From the NCBI GenBank assembly GCA_963677835.2, contig CAXXUX010000001.1:1536362-1600361 (forward strand): DNA of 64,000 bases, in the 5' to 3' direction. This stretch comes from an uncultured Saccharofermentans sp. GTDB lineage: Bacteria > Bacillota > Clostridia > Saccharofermentanales > UBA5734. Numbering within the stretch: position 1 is the first letter of the stretch; each line of letters starts with the position of its first letter. A program made the translations under genes and the position numbers. Positions 8,661-17,631 of the stretch are shown here, piece after piece. The notes under the pieces were generated by a model. It did not search any database. It saw nothing but the letters and a program-made list of their open reading frames with translations, and was not told the origin of the DNA.

Positions 8661-9389
8661 ATGGTGAACGATAGAAACCACTCAATAGACGGCACAAGCT
8701 TGCTTTTGTACAAAAACCTGGCCGATCGGATCAGGGACGATATTTTCAACGGCAGATTCAAAGCCAAAGAACAAATTCCAACAGAATTTGATTTGTGCGA
8801 GACTTATCATGTCAGCCGCAGCACCGTCCGCAAGGCCATAGCCGACCTGGTTGACGAAGGCCTTTTAACCAAAGTGCACGGCAAAGGGACTTTTGTCGCT
8901 TCCGCACGGGTCACGCAGCCGGTCAGTGAGTTTAGCAGTTTTACCGGGCGGGCTCGCAATGCTGGGATTGCCGTAACCTCTCAAGTGCTGGATATTGCCT
9001 ATGAATTGCCAACCAACCGGGAAGCCGCTTTTTTCAATATCGATGCCAAGGAAAAAATCCTGGTGGTCCGCCGGTTGCGGTTTGCCAACGGCAAACCGGT
9101 CATGATCGAAACGAACCGCTTCACTTCTGAATTTGATTTTCTGCGGGAAGAGAATCTGGAAGGATCCCTTTATGAAGTTATCCTTCGCCGAAGCGCCAGA
9201 AAGCCAAGTTCCGGCAGCAAGACCATCGAGATCTGCTATGCGACCCCTGAAGAAGCGGAATTGTTGAAAATTCCGCGAGGCAGCGCCTTGATCCTGTTTG
9301 CCGACTCCGTTTTCGACCAGCATGGCCGTGCGCTTCATCTCTCCAAACAGGTCATTCGCGGCGATGAATTCAAGTACCCGATCGGGTAA
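8661..9389 (+). CDS. GntR-family (HutC/UTRA subfamily) transcriptional regulator, FrlR-like
   Basis: ORF 8625-9389 (TTG). The ATG at 8661 follows ACGGAG. wHTH motif IPTEFDLCETYHVSRSTVRKAIADL. Divergent from the frlB-like operon. Confidence 0.8.
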   Translation: MVNDRNHSIDGTSLLLYKNLADRIRDDIFNGRFKAKEQIPTEFDLCETYHVSRSTVRKAIADLVDEGLLTKVHGKGTFVASARVTQPVSEFSSFTGRARNAGIAVTSQVLDIAYELPTNREAAFFNIDAKEKILVVRRLRFANGKPVMIETNRFTSEFDFLREENLEGSLYEVILRRSARKPSSGSKTIEICYATPEEAELLKIPRGSALILFADSVFDQHGRALHLSKQVIRGDEFKYPIG

Positions 9390-9415
9390 AAAACCCTTTT
9401 GGTCAATAATCCATT

Positions 9416-10573
9416 TTAAACAACGGATGGTTCAAAGACCGGTTCGCCTCGGGCGAACCGGTTCAAATCAAGTTTTTCAATCGGAAAATCAGATTTTTCG
9501 CCCAGAATCAACTGGGATATGACAAGGCCGGTTACAGGCCCGAACATAAATCCGTGACCGCTGAATCCGCAGGCCAGATAAAATCCTTTTACGCTGTCGA
9601 CGCCGCCATAGATGGGCTGGCGGTCCGGCGTATTTTCGTAAAGGCCGGACCACTGCCGGAGAACGCTTAATTTGCCAAGCGGCGGAAGCAGGTCGCAGCA
9701 GGTTTTGGCCATTTCCTCGAGAAAATTCCAGGAGGATTTGAGGTTGCAGCCATTAGGCTCATTGGCGTCGCCCCTGCCCATGATAAAGCTTCCGTGCGGG
9801 GTTTGCTGGCAATAAATATTGAGTGAAAAGGACATGACCATTGGTTTTTGGACAGGATCAACCGGCTCGGTAACCAGGATCTGATGCCTTTCCGGAGCAA
9901 CCGGAATTTTGACGCCGACCATTTCCCCGATCTTTGCGGAGTACCCGCCGGCGGCATTGATCACAATCCGGGTCGAGATAAATCCCTTATCGGTGTCCAC
10001 GCCTTTGATCGTGCCATGCTCTGTCCGGATGCCGGTCACTTGAGTATAGGTCAGGATCTTGACGCCCAAACGAATGGCGGCGTTTGCAAAGGCCTGGGTC
10101 GCGTGAAAAGGATTCAAATGCCCGTCTTTTCCGCAGTATGCGGCCAATGATATTTTACGCTCGTCAAGGTAAGGGACGATTTCTTTTGCCTGTAAAGGGC
10201 TCAATAATCTGGATGGGATGTTCAAGCTGTTTTGAAGCTCGACATTTTTCCTGAACTGCTCTTCCTCTTTGGGCGTTGTCGCCACCAACAGGTAGCCGCC
10301 CTGCTTGAATTCGATATCATTTTCATAGCCCAGTTCTTCATTTGCCGTTTCAAAAAAGTCCACGCTGTATTTGGAAAGTTTGCAGTTCATTTCGGTTCCC
10401 CATTGGGTCCGGATTCCTGCGCCGCATCTGCCGGTTGATCCGCTGGCCAGATAGCTTTTCTCGATGACCGCAATATTCTTGACGCCTTTTTTGGCTAGAT
10501 TGTAAGCGATCGAGCATCCGGAAATTCCGCCGCCGATAATGACAACATCAAAAACTCTAGTCATTTTTTTCAT
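9416..10573 (-). CDS. FAD-dependent oxidoreductase, sarcosine-oxidase-beta/HcnC/proline-dehydrogenase-beta-like
   Basis: The ORF track extends to 10768, but ATG 10573 (MKKMTRVFDVVIIGGGISG) follows GGGAG and carries the dinucleotide-binding GGGxxG fold at the N-terminus. Confidence 0.75.
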   Translation of the reverse strand: MKKMTRVFDVVIIGGGISGCSIAYNLAKKGVKNIAVIEKSYLASGSTGRCGAGIRTQWGTEMNCKLSKYSVDFFETANEELGYENDIEFKQGGYLLVATTPKEEEQFRKNVELQNSLNIPSRLLSPLQAKEIVPYLDERKISLAAYCGKDGHLNPFHATQAFANAAIRLGVKILTYTQVTGIRTEHGTIKGVDTDKGFISTRIVINAAGGYSAKIGEMVGVKIPVAPERHQILVTEPVDPVQKPMVMSFSLNIYCQQTPHGSFIMGRGDANEPNGCNLKSSWNFLEEMAKTCCDLLPPLGKLSVLRQWSGLYENTPDRQPIYGGVDSVKGFYLACGFSGHGFMFGPVTGLVISQLILGEKSDFPIEKLDLNRFARGEPVFEPSVV

Positions 10574-11330
10574 CTCCCAGCAATAAATCAAGTTTGATCG
10601 GTTTGGTTGGGGGCCTGAAGGTAGACAGCATGAGATCCTGGATCGGGATATTGTCAAGCGCGGCGATCTCCTGCATGACGAGTTGCCGGCATGTTCTGCC
10701 CTGACAAGAGCCCATGCCGCAGCGGGATATTCTTTTGATTTCATCCAGGCTTTTATAGCCGTTGGCAATCAGCTGTCTGATTTCGCCCAAGGTAATTTCT
10801 TCACACCGGCAAACAATGGTGTGATCGCCAAAATAATCATCCAGCCGGATGTTCCTGACCAAAAATCCCATCTCTTTCGGCACGGCGATGCTGATCACCG
10901 GGGTTTTATCCTGGACTTTGGCGTTTAAGACTTTGATGACGCGCGATCTGCAGACCGGCTTGCCGGCGCGGTCCAGACCGGTGACAAAAGCGCCTTCCCG
11001 GGGAAGCGGCAAAAATTCATAAGGCAATTTGATCAGCGTCTCCGAGGCTGAAAAGGTCTCGTCGACGACAAACATGGCCAGCCCGGGGCATTTGCTGATG
11101 CACACCCCGCAGCCGTTGCATTTTTCCCAATCAACCACCGGGCACTCGTTGATATCCTCCGACGCCAGAATGGCGCCCTTGCTGCAAGCCTTTGAACAGG
11201 GGTTGCAGGGGATTTTCTGAAAACATTCCACAATGACGGCAGGGCCTTGATGAAGCCTTTCCGCTGGCGGCAGGGTTTTTTGAAGCTCTTTTTCTGTAGC
11301 GACACCTGTTTTCTCGATCAAATTGGTCAC
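10557..11330 (-). CDS. iron-sulfur subunit (4Fe-4S ferredoxin-type plus BFD-like 2Fe-2S domains)
   Basis: 257 aa with a GTG start. Cys motifs CNPCSKAC, CNGCGVCISKCP and CRCEEIT...CGMGSCQGRTC. Confidence 0.65.
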   Translation of the reverse strand: MTNLIEKTGVATEKELQKTLPPAERLHQGPAVIVECFQKIPCNPCSKACSKGAILASEDINECPVVDWEKCNGCGVCISKCPGLAMFVVDETFSASETLIKLPYEFLPLPREGAFVTGLDRAGKPVCRSRVIKVLNAKVQDKTPVISIAVPKEMGFLVRNIRLDDYFGDHTIVCRCEEITLGEIRQLIANGYKSLDEIKRISRCGMGSCQGRTCRQLVMQEIAALDNIPIQDLMLSTFRPPTKPIKLDLLLGDEKND

Positions 11331-11332
11331 CC

Positions 11333-12430
11333 CTATTTCATGGAATCGGCCGGAATCATGACTTTTTCCAGTCCTTTAAGGATCTTGCCGCCTGACGGAC
11401 CGCTCCTCAAGGCCTGGAGCTGATCCAGGCAATCCTGCTTTTCAAGCTCGAAGTCTTTAATTTCCAACCCCAGTTTTTTCGCCGCGCATAGACCGGCAAG
11501 CCTGCCTTCAACCATTGCGCTGCTTGCTTCTTCGATCCCGGCGACGTCCCCGGCGACGTAGATATTTTCGACAGTTGTTTCATAGTCGCCATTTCTTAAA
11601 GGAACATGCCCGCCCAGTTCGGGTACATAGATCATTTTGCAGCCGATTTGCCAGAGCAGTTCCGCAAGCGGAGTCAGGCCGACAGCAATGCACAAGACGT
11701 CGGTCTCCAGGTCAAACTCCGAGCCGGGTACGGGTTGCCAGTGCTCATCGAGTTTACATAGCGTGACTTTTTCGAGTTGCTCGTCCCCATGGGCATACCG
11801 GACGGACGTCGACGTGAAGATGGGAACGCCGGCTCTGCGGATTTTTGCCGCATGCACGAGATAGCCGCCGATTTTCGGCGCGGCGTCGATGATGGCCTTG
11901 ACTTGGATTCCTGCCTGCAAAAGCTGGTAGCTGACGATCAGGCCGATGTTGCCTGCGCCGACCATGACGACGCTTTTGCCCGGAGCCACACCGTATAAGT
12001 TCATCAGGGTCTGGACCGCTCCCGCTCCGCAAATGCCGGGAAGGTCATTATTGGGAAACGCGAGGAATTTTTCGGAAGCCCCCGTTGCCGCAATGATTGC
12101 GGCAGGTTTGATCTTTTTATATTTTCGCTCGCTCTCCACGGTCAGTACGCCGTCCTCATAAAGGCCGATGACAGTGGAATCCAGCAAAATATCGATTTTG
12201 TCCTGATAGCGGTCCAGTTCGGCAATCAACAGGCCGGCAATGTCGAAACCTCTTGCGGAGGCGTGCTGCTTGGCAGAGCCGAAGAACATGTGCGTTTGTT
12301 TTAAAAGCTGTCCGCCCAGACCGCCATTCCGATCGATCAAGGTAACTTTGGCTCCCGAAGATGCGGCAGCGATCGCTGCGCATAAACCTGCAGGCCCGCC
12401 GCCCACAATGGCAATATCCGTGTTTGTCAT
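11333..12430 (-). CDS. NAD(P)/FAD-dependent pyridine-nucleotide-disulfide oxidoreductase (HcnB / proline dehydrogenase alpha-like)
   Basis: 365 aa. IAIVGGGPAGL and VVMVGAGNIGL Rossmann motifs. ATGA overlap with the upstream small 2Fe-2S gene. Confidence 0.75.
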   Translation of the reverse strand: MTNTDIAIVGGGPAGLCAAIAAASSGAKVTLIDRNGGLGGQLLKQTHMFFGSAKQHASARGFDIAGLLIAELDRYQDKIDILLDSTVIGLYEDGVLTVESERKYKKIKPAAIIAATGASEKFLAFPNNDLPGICGAGAVQTLMNLYGVAPGKSVVMVGAGNIGLIVSYQLLQAGIQVKAIIDAAPKIGGYLVHAAKIRRAGVPIFTSTSVRYAHGDEQLEKVTLCKLDEHWQPVPGSEFDLETDVLCIAVGLTPLAELLWQIGCKMIYVPELGGHVPLRNGDYETTVENIYVAGDVAGIEEASSAMVEGRLAGLCAAKKLGLEIKDFELEKQDCLDQLQALRSGPSGGKILKGLEKVMIPADSMK

Positions 12431-12735
12431 GTTGATAAATCACCTCTGCCTGCCTGAGTTTTGACGACCATTCCTTCTGACAATTTTTCGGTGCAAACTC
12501 TTACATTGGGCTCCCCGTTGACTTCCATAAAACAAGAAGAGCAATTGCCGATGGCGCAATAAATCCCTCTGGCCCGATTCAAGCGGTGACTATGGCTAAG
12601 AACCCTTATTCCTGCCGCCTGCAGAGCCGCCGCGATCGGTTCTCCTTCAAAGCCTTCGCATTCCTTGCCGTTGAAGGTGAATTTCACGATTTTCTTTTGA
12701 GCAAATGTCAAGATGGGATGCTCGTTAATCCGCAT
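12427..12735 (-). CDS. small (2Fe-2S)-binding subunit (HcnA/SoxA N-terminal-like)
   Basis: The ATG at 12735 follows GGAGG with 7-nt spacing. About 102 aa with the motif CAIGNCSSCFMEVNGEPNVRVC. Confidence 0.65.
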   Translation of the reverse strand: MRINEHPILTFAQKKIVKFTFNGKECEGFEGEPIAAALQAAGIRVLSHSHRLNRARGIYCAIGNCSSCFMEVNGEPNVRVCTEKLSEGMVVKTQAGRGDLST

Positions 12736-12774
12736 TTTCCTGCCTCCATGATCTTCCATCCGGTGATGCTGGCG

Positions 12775-14403
12775 TTACTTCTCCTGCATGAAAGGGTAAT
12801 CAATGGCCACGGACGGGAGAAAAGATTCTTTGATGGAGCGTACGCTCATCCAGCGGTATAAATTGATGGGGCTCCCTGCCTTGTCGTTGGTTCCCGAGGC
12901 GCGCGCGCCGCCAAATGGCTGCTGTCCGACAACGGCGCCGGTCGGCTTGTCGTTGATATAGAAATTGCCGGCCGCATTTTGCAGCGCAGCCTCCATCATG
13001 GCGACCGCCTGCCGGTCTTGGGCGAAAATGGCGCCCGTCAGGGCATAAGGCGATGCGGAATCGCAAATTTTCAGCGTCTCGGCCAGCTCGTCATCGGGGT
13101 AGACATAGATCGACAGGACAGGGCCGAAAATCTCTTCAACCATCGTGCAAAAATCAGGTTTTAAGGCCTGGATGACGGTTGGTTGAATAAAATAACCCTT
13201 GGAATCGTCGTAACTGCCGCAAAGGACCTTGGCGTCAGGCGAATTTTTGGCTTTTTCGATATAGCCGACAATGTTGTCGAATGAATCTTTATCGATCACC
13301 GCACCCATAAAATTGGTGAAGTCGCTGATATCGCCAACCTTCAGCCTGGCAATTTTATCAAGCAGTCCGGTCTCGACCTGCGGCCAGAGGCTTTCCGGGA
13401 TGAATGCGCGGGAAGCGGCGGAACACTTCTGGCCCTGATATTCAAATGAGCCGCGGATCATAGCGGGAACCAGCTGCTCTACGCAGGCGCTCGGGTGTGC
13501 GAAAATAAAATCCTTTCCGCCGGTTTCGCCAACGAGCCTTGGATAAGATGAATAGTTCCTGATGTTTTTCCCGACCTGCTCCCAAACACTCTGAAACACT
13601 TTAGTGGAGCCGGTAAAATGGAAACCGGCCATTTTCGGGTGGCTGAGCACAAATTGGCTGATATCCGAACCTCTGGAAGGAACAAAATTAATCACGCCGG
13701 ATGGCAGGCCCGCTTCCATCAGGAGCTCCATAAAGTAGTAGTTGGACAAAACAGCCGTGGAAGAAGGCTTCCAAACGACCGTATTGCCAGTGATGGCAGG
13801 CGCCACGCCAAGATTGCCGCCGATAGACGTAAAGTTGAAAGGGGTGACGGCGACGACAAAGCCGTCCAATGGGCGATAAACCTGACGGTTCCAGACGCCG
13901 GCCGAGCTTTCGGGCTGTTCGAGGTAAATCTGCTGGGCAAAATAGGCATTAAAACGCAAAAAGTCCACCATCTCGCAAGCGGAGTCAATTTCAGCCTGAT
14001 AAGTCGTCTTGCTCTGCCCGAGCATGGTCGCGGCGTTGAGCTTGTCGCGATAGGGACCTGCCAGAAGCTCTGCGGCCTTTAAAAAGATGGCCGCACGGTG
14101 CTCCCAGGGGAGCGCCTCCCATTCGGCTTTGGCTGCAAGCGCGGCATCGGCCGCCATTTTCAACTCTGCTTCGCCGGCTATACAATATTCGGCAAGAACG
14201 TGTTGATGGTCGTGGGGCATGACGACTTGGGCAACTTTGCCCGTGGTCACTTTTTTGCCGCCGATGATCAGCGGGATAGAAAGACGGCAGCCCGACTGGC
14301 GGGCGAGCTCCTGCTTTAAGGCCATGCGCTCCGCTGTGCCGGGAGCATAGCTGCGGCAGGGTTCATTGACCGGTTTGGCAAGATGGAAAAATGCGTTTGT
14401 CAT
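12775..14403 (-). CDS. pruA: L-glutamate gamma-semialdehyde (1-pyrroline-5-carboxylate) dehydrogenase
   Basis: 542 aa. ALDH motifs VGETGGKDF and QGQKCSAASR, with an N-terminus PVNEP..SYAPG typical of PruA-type enzymes. First gene of the operon. Confidence 0.8.
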   Translation of the reverse strand: MTNAFFHLAKPVNEPCRSYAPGTAERMALKQELARQSGCRLSIPLIIGGKKVTTGKVAQVVMPHDHQHVLAEYCIAGEAELKMAADAALAAKAEWEALPWEHRAAIFLKAAELLAGPYRDKLNAATMLGQSKTTYQAEIDSACEMVDFLRFNAYFAQQIYLEQPESSAGVWNRQVYRPLDGFVVAVTPFNFTSIGGNLGVAPAITGNTVVWKPSSTAVLSNYYFMELLMEAGLPSGVINFVPSRGSDISQFVLSHPKMAGFHFTGSTKVFQSVWEQVGKNIRNYSSYPRLVGETGGKDFIFAHPSACVEQLVPAMIRGSFEYQGQKCSAASRAFIPESLWPQVETGLLDKIARLKVGDISDFTNFMGAVIDKDSFDNIVGYIEKAKNSPDAKVLCGSYDDSKGYFIQPTVIQALKPDFCTMVEEIFGPVLSIYVYPDDELAETLKICDSASPYALTGAIFAQDRQAVAMMEAALQNAAGNFYINDKPTGAVVGQQPFGGARASGTNDKAGSPINLYRWMSVRSIKESFLPSVAIDYPFMQEK

Positions 14404-14726
14404 AAATGATTACTTTTCCTTCCGTTAAGAAATTTATTCTTGCAGCTGCTTTAAAAAACAAATGCATATCGTATAATGTGATTGATGATTTGTTTATCGG
14501 CAAACTGGGTCTGGCAAATGGCTTTTGCTGGAATCGGGCAGACTTAAAGACAATCCGATCACACGAATACGTCTTTTCGGCTTACCGGCGCTTTTGAAGG
14601 CAATCCATAAAATATTATTAATTTATGATGATTTAGTTGAATTATAGCACGTCATCAACAAGGTCTTTTTACTGATTCAATGTTCTACTTTAACCGTATC
14701 TCGTATTCAAAACAGGGGAGTGCAAA

Positions 14727-15449
14727 ATGCGAAAAATAGAAACACATGTTATCGGCATACCATTATCGACATGCGGCCACTCGCACCCCCATGCCCATAT
14801 CCTGATCCCTCTGGCAGAAGCGCTGCAGGTTCATCTGGACGGAAAAGACTACTATATCGACAACCAGCAATTGTGCGTGGTTCTGTCCGGCGTCGTTCAC
14901 CATTGCCTATGCCCGACGGAGATCATCAGCGTCAATATTCCCGAAAGCATGATTAAAAAGAACGATATTGCCGTCTTTGAGAGAAATGTGGTCTTTCCCA
15001 TCGCTGGTGTTCTCGTTCAGCTGGTTGAGCTGATCAAGACCGAGGTGGTTCGCAACCCGGACAGCGACTCGTTGCGCTATCTTTACTATTATCTCTATGA
15101 CAAGCTGGTTGAGGCGAATGTATCCAAATCACAAAAATATATTCAAGAGCATTTCAGCGAAACGATTTCGATAGCCACGCTGGCCCAGATCGAGAATTAC
15201 AACCTCTCCTACTTTACAGACTGGTTCAAAAAGCAAACGGGACTATCGCCCTCCAACTATTTGCGGAATTTCCGCATTGAGAAGGCCAAGGAACTGCTGC
15301 TGAACACCCACTATCGTCTGATCGAAATCGCGATGCAGGTCGGCTATAACAGCAATGCTTCATTTACGCGGGCTTTTAAAGAGACCGCGGGTGTTTCCCC
15401 GATGTCTTACCGGCTCCAGACCTCGCCCTTTCCCGAAAAAGAATCGTGA
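14727..15449 (+). CDS. AraC-family transcriptional regulator
   Basis: 240 aa, RBS GGGGAG. C-terminal double HTH (ISIATLAQIENYNLSYFTDWFKKQTGLSPSNYLRNFRIEKAKELL ... IAMQVGYNSNASFTRAFKE). Confidence 0.85.
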   Translation: MRKIETHVIGIPLSTCGHSHPHAHILIPLAEALQVHLDGKDYYIDNQQLCVVLSGVVHHCLCPTEIISVNIPESMIKKNDIAVFERNVVFPIAGVLVQLVELIKTEVVRNPDSDSLRYLYYYLYDKLVEANVSKSQKYIQEHFSETISIATLAQIENYNLSYFTDWFKKQTGLSPSNYLRNFRIEKAKELLLNTHYRLIEIAMQVGYNSNASFTRAFKETAGVSPMSYRLQTSPFPEKES

Positions 15450-15477
15450 TCCGCTGTCAGGCAGATGGATTTGGCGA

Positions 15478-15502
15478 ACAGCCGGCTAAGCAAGCCGGCT
15501 GT
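15478..15502 (+). terminator. 10-bp hairpin after the araC-family gene, overlapping the ansA stop codon
   Basis: ACAGCCGGCT-aagca-AGCCGGCTGT followed by CTATTTCT. Convergent gene ends. Confidence 0.4.
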
Positions 15503-16493
15503 CTATTTCTCCGGCCAGATTGGCGGCGAACAATTGCCGCGCTTGGCTGTTGTCGCAAGTCTGGCCCAAAATCCACATCAGTTTGGTGACGGCCGCTTCC
15601 GTAGTCATGTCCAGGGCGGAAATGGCGCCGGTGGACAAGACCCGCTGCCCGACCTCGTAGATGGTCAAATCACTGCGGTCGTAAAGGCATTGGCTGCAAA
15701 TCACCACCAGAACGCCGGCATCACTAAGCATTTTCAGCTTGTGGAGCAAATCCCGGTGCAGATAATGGATTCCCCCGGCGCCAAAAGCTTCGATGACAAC
15801 GCCTTTGTAGCCGAGAGCGGGAAGAACATCCAGGATGTCCGGGCTGGTTCCGGGGATCAGTTTGAGCAAAAAAACGCTGGTGGAGATGCCGTCCAGCAAA
15901 GCCGGCCGCTTATCCGGGCTGGCTGCAGGATCCTGGTGTTCGAAGACCCGGAGGCCGTCGGCATAAATCTGGGCCAGGCAAGCCGCATTGACGCTGTGAA
16001 AAGCATCGAAGCCCATGGTGCTGACCTTGACGGCCCTGGTTCCCCGCATGATTTTCCGGTCGAAGGCAACGGTTACCCCCAAAATACCTGCATTGATGGC
16101 GGACATGGCGGTATAGAGATTGGTCCTGGCGTCAGACAAAGGGTTGTTGATCGGTATCTGCGAGCCGGTGAAAACGACGCTCTTGTTGACGTTCTGCAGC
16201 ATGTAGCTGACCGCCGACGCCGTATAGGCCAGCGTATCGGTCCCGTGGGTAATGATGAAACCGTCGTAATTTTGCAGGTGGCCGAAGATCTTGCGGGCAA
16301 TGATCTGCCATTCTTCCGGCTGGATATTGGAACTGTCCATATCAAAAAGCTTCTCATGGTCAATTTCGAAACGGGGCTCGAAGCTGTTTAGACAATCAAG
16401 CAGCACTTCTGACGAGAGGGTTGGTTCCAGCCCCGAATGCCCCATTTGCGAGGCGATGGTTCCACCTGTTGTTAAAAGAAGTATCTTCTTCAT
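15486..16493 (-). CDS. ansA: L-asparaginase, type I
   Basis: 335 aa. N-terminal active-site motif ILLLTTGGTIAS, then ITHGTDT. Confidence 0.85.
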   Translation of the reverse strand: MKKILLLTTGGTIASQMGHSGLEPTLSSEVLLDCLNSFEPRFEIDHEKLFDMDSSNIQPEEWQIIARKIFGHLQNYDGFIITHGTDTLAYTASAVSYMLQNVNKSVVFTGSQIPINNPLSDARTNLYTAMSAINAGILGVTVAFDRKIMRGTRAVKVSTMGFDAFHSVNAACLAQIYADGLRVFEHQDPAASPDKRPALLDGISTSVFLLKLIPGTSPDILDVLPALGYKGVVIEAFGAGGIHYLHRDLLHKLKMLSDAGVLVVICSQCLYDRSDLTIYEVGQRVLSTGAISALDMTTEAAVTKLMWILGQTCDNSQARQLFAANLAGEIDSRLA

Positions 16494-16621
16494 CAGTCTG
16501 AAGTCCTTTCCGCAATAGAAAAGTCTTAAACCTGCCTGTTTTAGGCGTAGGTTCGGCCTGCATGGTTTCTAGCATAACATGATCAAAGTAGCTCGTAAAG
16601 CCGTCACGTTGCCGCAAAATC

Positions 16622-16650
16622 TTGACGCATCGGCTAAACTATGCTATTTT
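16622..16650 (+). promoter_or_regulatory. predicted sigma-A-type promoter (TTGACG-17-TATTTT) of the thi operon
   Basis: Hexamers and spacing read directly. It lies about 15 nt upstream of the riboswitch. Confidence 0.4.
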
Positions 16651-16664
16651 GAAGCGTAATTAAA

Positions 16665-16762
16665 TAGGGATAGTGGGGGAGCTTGTGCAGCAGGCTGAGA
16701 GGAAGTAATCAACTTCGACCCTTAGACCTGATTTGGGTAATGCCAACGGAGGGAGCTGCTGT
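16665..16762 (+). promoter_or_regulatory. TPP (THI-box) riboswitch aptamer
   Basis: Conserved elements GGGGGAGC...CTGAGA (16695-16700) ... ACCTGATTTGGGTAATGCCAACGGAGGGA (from 16726), upstream of thiD. Confidence 0.85.
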
Positions 16763-16774
16763 GATAGATTTTTC

Positions 16775-16801
16775 GGGAGTGCCTGCGGGCGCTCCCTTTT
16801 T
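16775..16801 (+). terminator. intrinsic terminator forming the riboswitch expression platform
   Basis: GGGAGTGCC-tgcg-GGCGCTCCC (one G-U pair) followed by TTTTT. Confidence 0.7.
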
Positions 16802-16827
16802 GGTTGAATTTTGAAAGGAGAACGGCT

Positions 16828-17631
16828 TTGAAAACTTGTCTTTCGATTGCCGGGTCCGACTGCAGCGGCGGAGCCGGAATCCAGGCGGACATCAAGACTT
16901 TTTCCGCAAACGGCTGCTTCGGGATGAGCGTGATCGTTGCTGTTGTTGCGGAAAATACGAGCCGGGTGATTTCGATTCAAGACGTGGAACCAGGCATCAT
17001 TAAAGACCAGATCGATGCGATTTTTGAAGACATCACGGTTGATGCGGTTAAAATCGGCATGCTTTCCAATGTGGCGACGATGACCGCCGTTGCTGAAAAG
17101 ATAAAGCAATATCATCCCCGGATCATAGTCGCCGACCCCGTGATGATTGCCAAAGGCGGCTGCGCCCTGATGCAGCCGGAAGCGCTGGACACCTTGAAAA
17201 ACGAGGTCATCCCGCTTTCTTTTCTGCTTACGCCAAACATACCGGAGGCGCAAACCATTACCGGCCATCCGATCGATTCGGTCGAGGACATGCGGCATGC
17301 CGCCAAACGGATTTATGATATGGGCGCAAAAAATGTGCTGATTAAAGGCGGCCACCTGAAAGGCGACGCCATCGACATTCTCTTTGACGGGAAGGATTAT
17401 CGCTGCTTTTCCAATCAGCGGATCGATGTTAAAAACACCCATGGAACCGGCTGTACCTTATCTTCCGCCATCGCCGCCAACCTGGCCAGCGGCCATACGA
17501 TCGCCGATGCCGTCGGGCTGGCCAAAGCTTATGTGACCAGCGCCATTTTATATTCGTTGAACATTGGACGTGGACATGGACCGACCAACCATTTTTATGA
17601 ATTTTATCAGATGAAAGGACTTCTCAAATGA
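16828..17631 (+). CDS. thiD: bifunctional hydroxymethylpyrimidine / phosphomethylpyrimidine kinase
   Basis: Motif [20 protein letters not shown]. The TTG at 16828 follows AAAGGAG. The ORF-track start at 16804 abuts the terminator T-tract. Confidence 0.85.
   Translation: MKTCLSIAGSDCSGGAGIQADIKTFSANGCFGMSVIVAVVAENTSRVISIQDVEPGIIKDQIDAIFEDITVDAVKIGMLSNVATMTAVAEKIKQYHPRIIVADPVMIAKGGCALMQPEALDTLKNEVIPLSFLLTPNIPEAQTITGHPIDSVEDMRHAAKRIYDMGAKNVLIKGGHLKGDAIDILFDGKDYRCFSNQRIDVKNTHGTGCTLSSAIAANLASGHTIADAVGLAKAYVTSAILYSLNIGRGHGPTNHFYEFYQMKGLLK

Noticed and set aside
10574-10768. N-terminal extension of the flavoprotein ORF, and the analogous extensions at 56580-56807 and 5072-5161
   Set aside because: The extensions overlap upstream genes or a hairpin and lack an RBS. 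The internal starts have strong RBSs and place the Rossmann, HxH or TM motifs at the expected N-terminal position.
14512-14529. Sigma-54-like TGGCA...TTGCT sequence in the pruA/araC intergenic region
   Set aside because: The GG to GC spacing is 14 nt rather than the 12 nt of the -24/-12 consensus. It faces the AraC gene rather than the catabolic operon, and no enhancer-binding protein is encoded nearby.
14406-14597. 63-aa ORF in the 323-bp pruA/araC intergenic region
   Set aside because: It has no RBS and starts 3 nt from the pruA start codon on the opposite strand. Its composition is unremarkable. The region is more likely promoter/leader DNA.
15465-16391. 308-aa ORF on the plus strand
   Set aside because: It is entirely antisense to the well-supported ansA gene (TGGTIAS motif). 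It has no RBS, is Gly/Ala/Arg/Gln-rich with low complexity, and is typical of a stop-free antisense frame.
16660-17442. 260-aa minus-strand ORF
   Set aside because: It runs antisense through the TPP riboswitch, the terminator and thiD, and cannot coexist with those well-supported elements.
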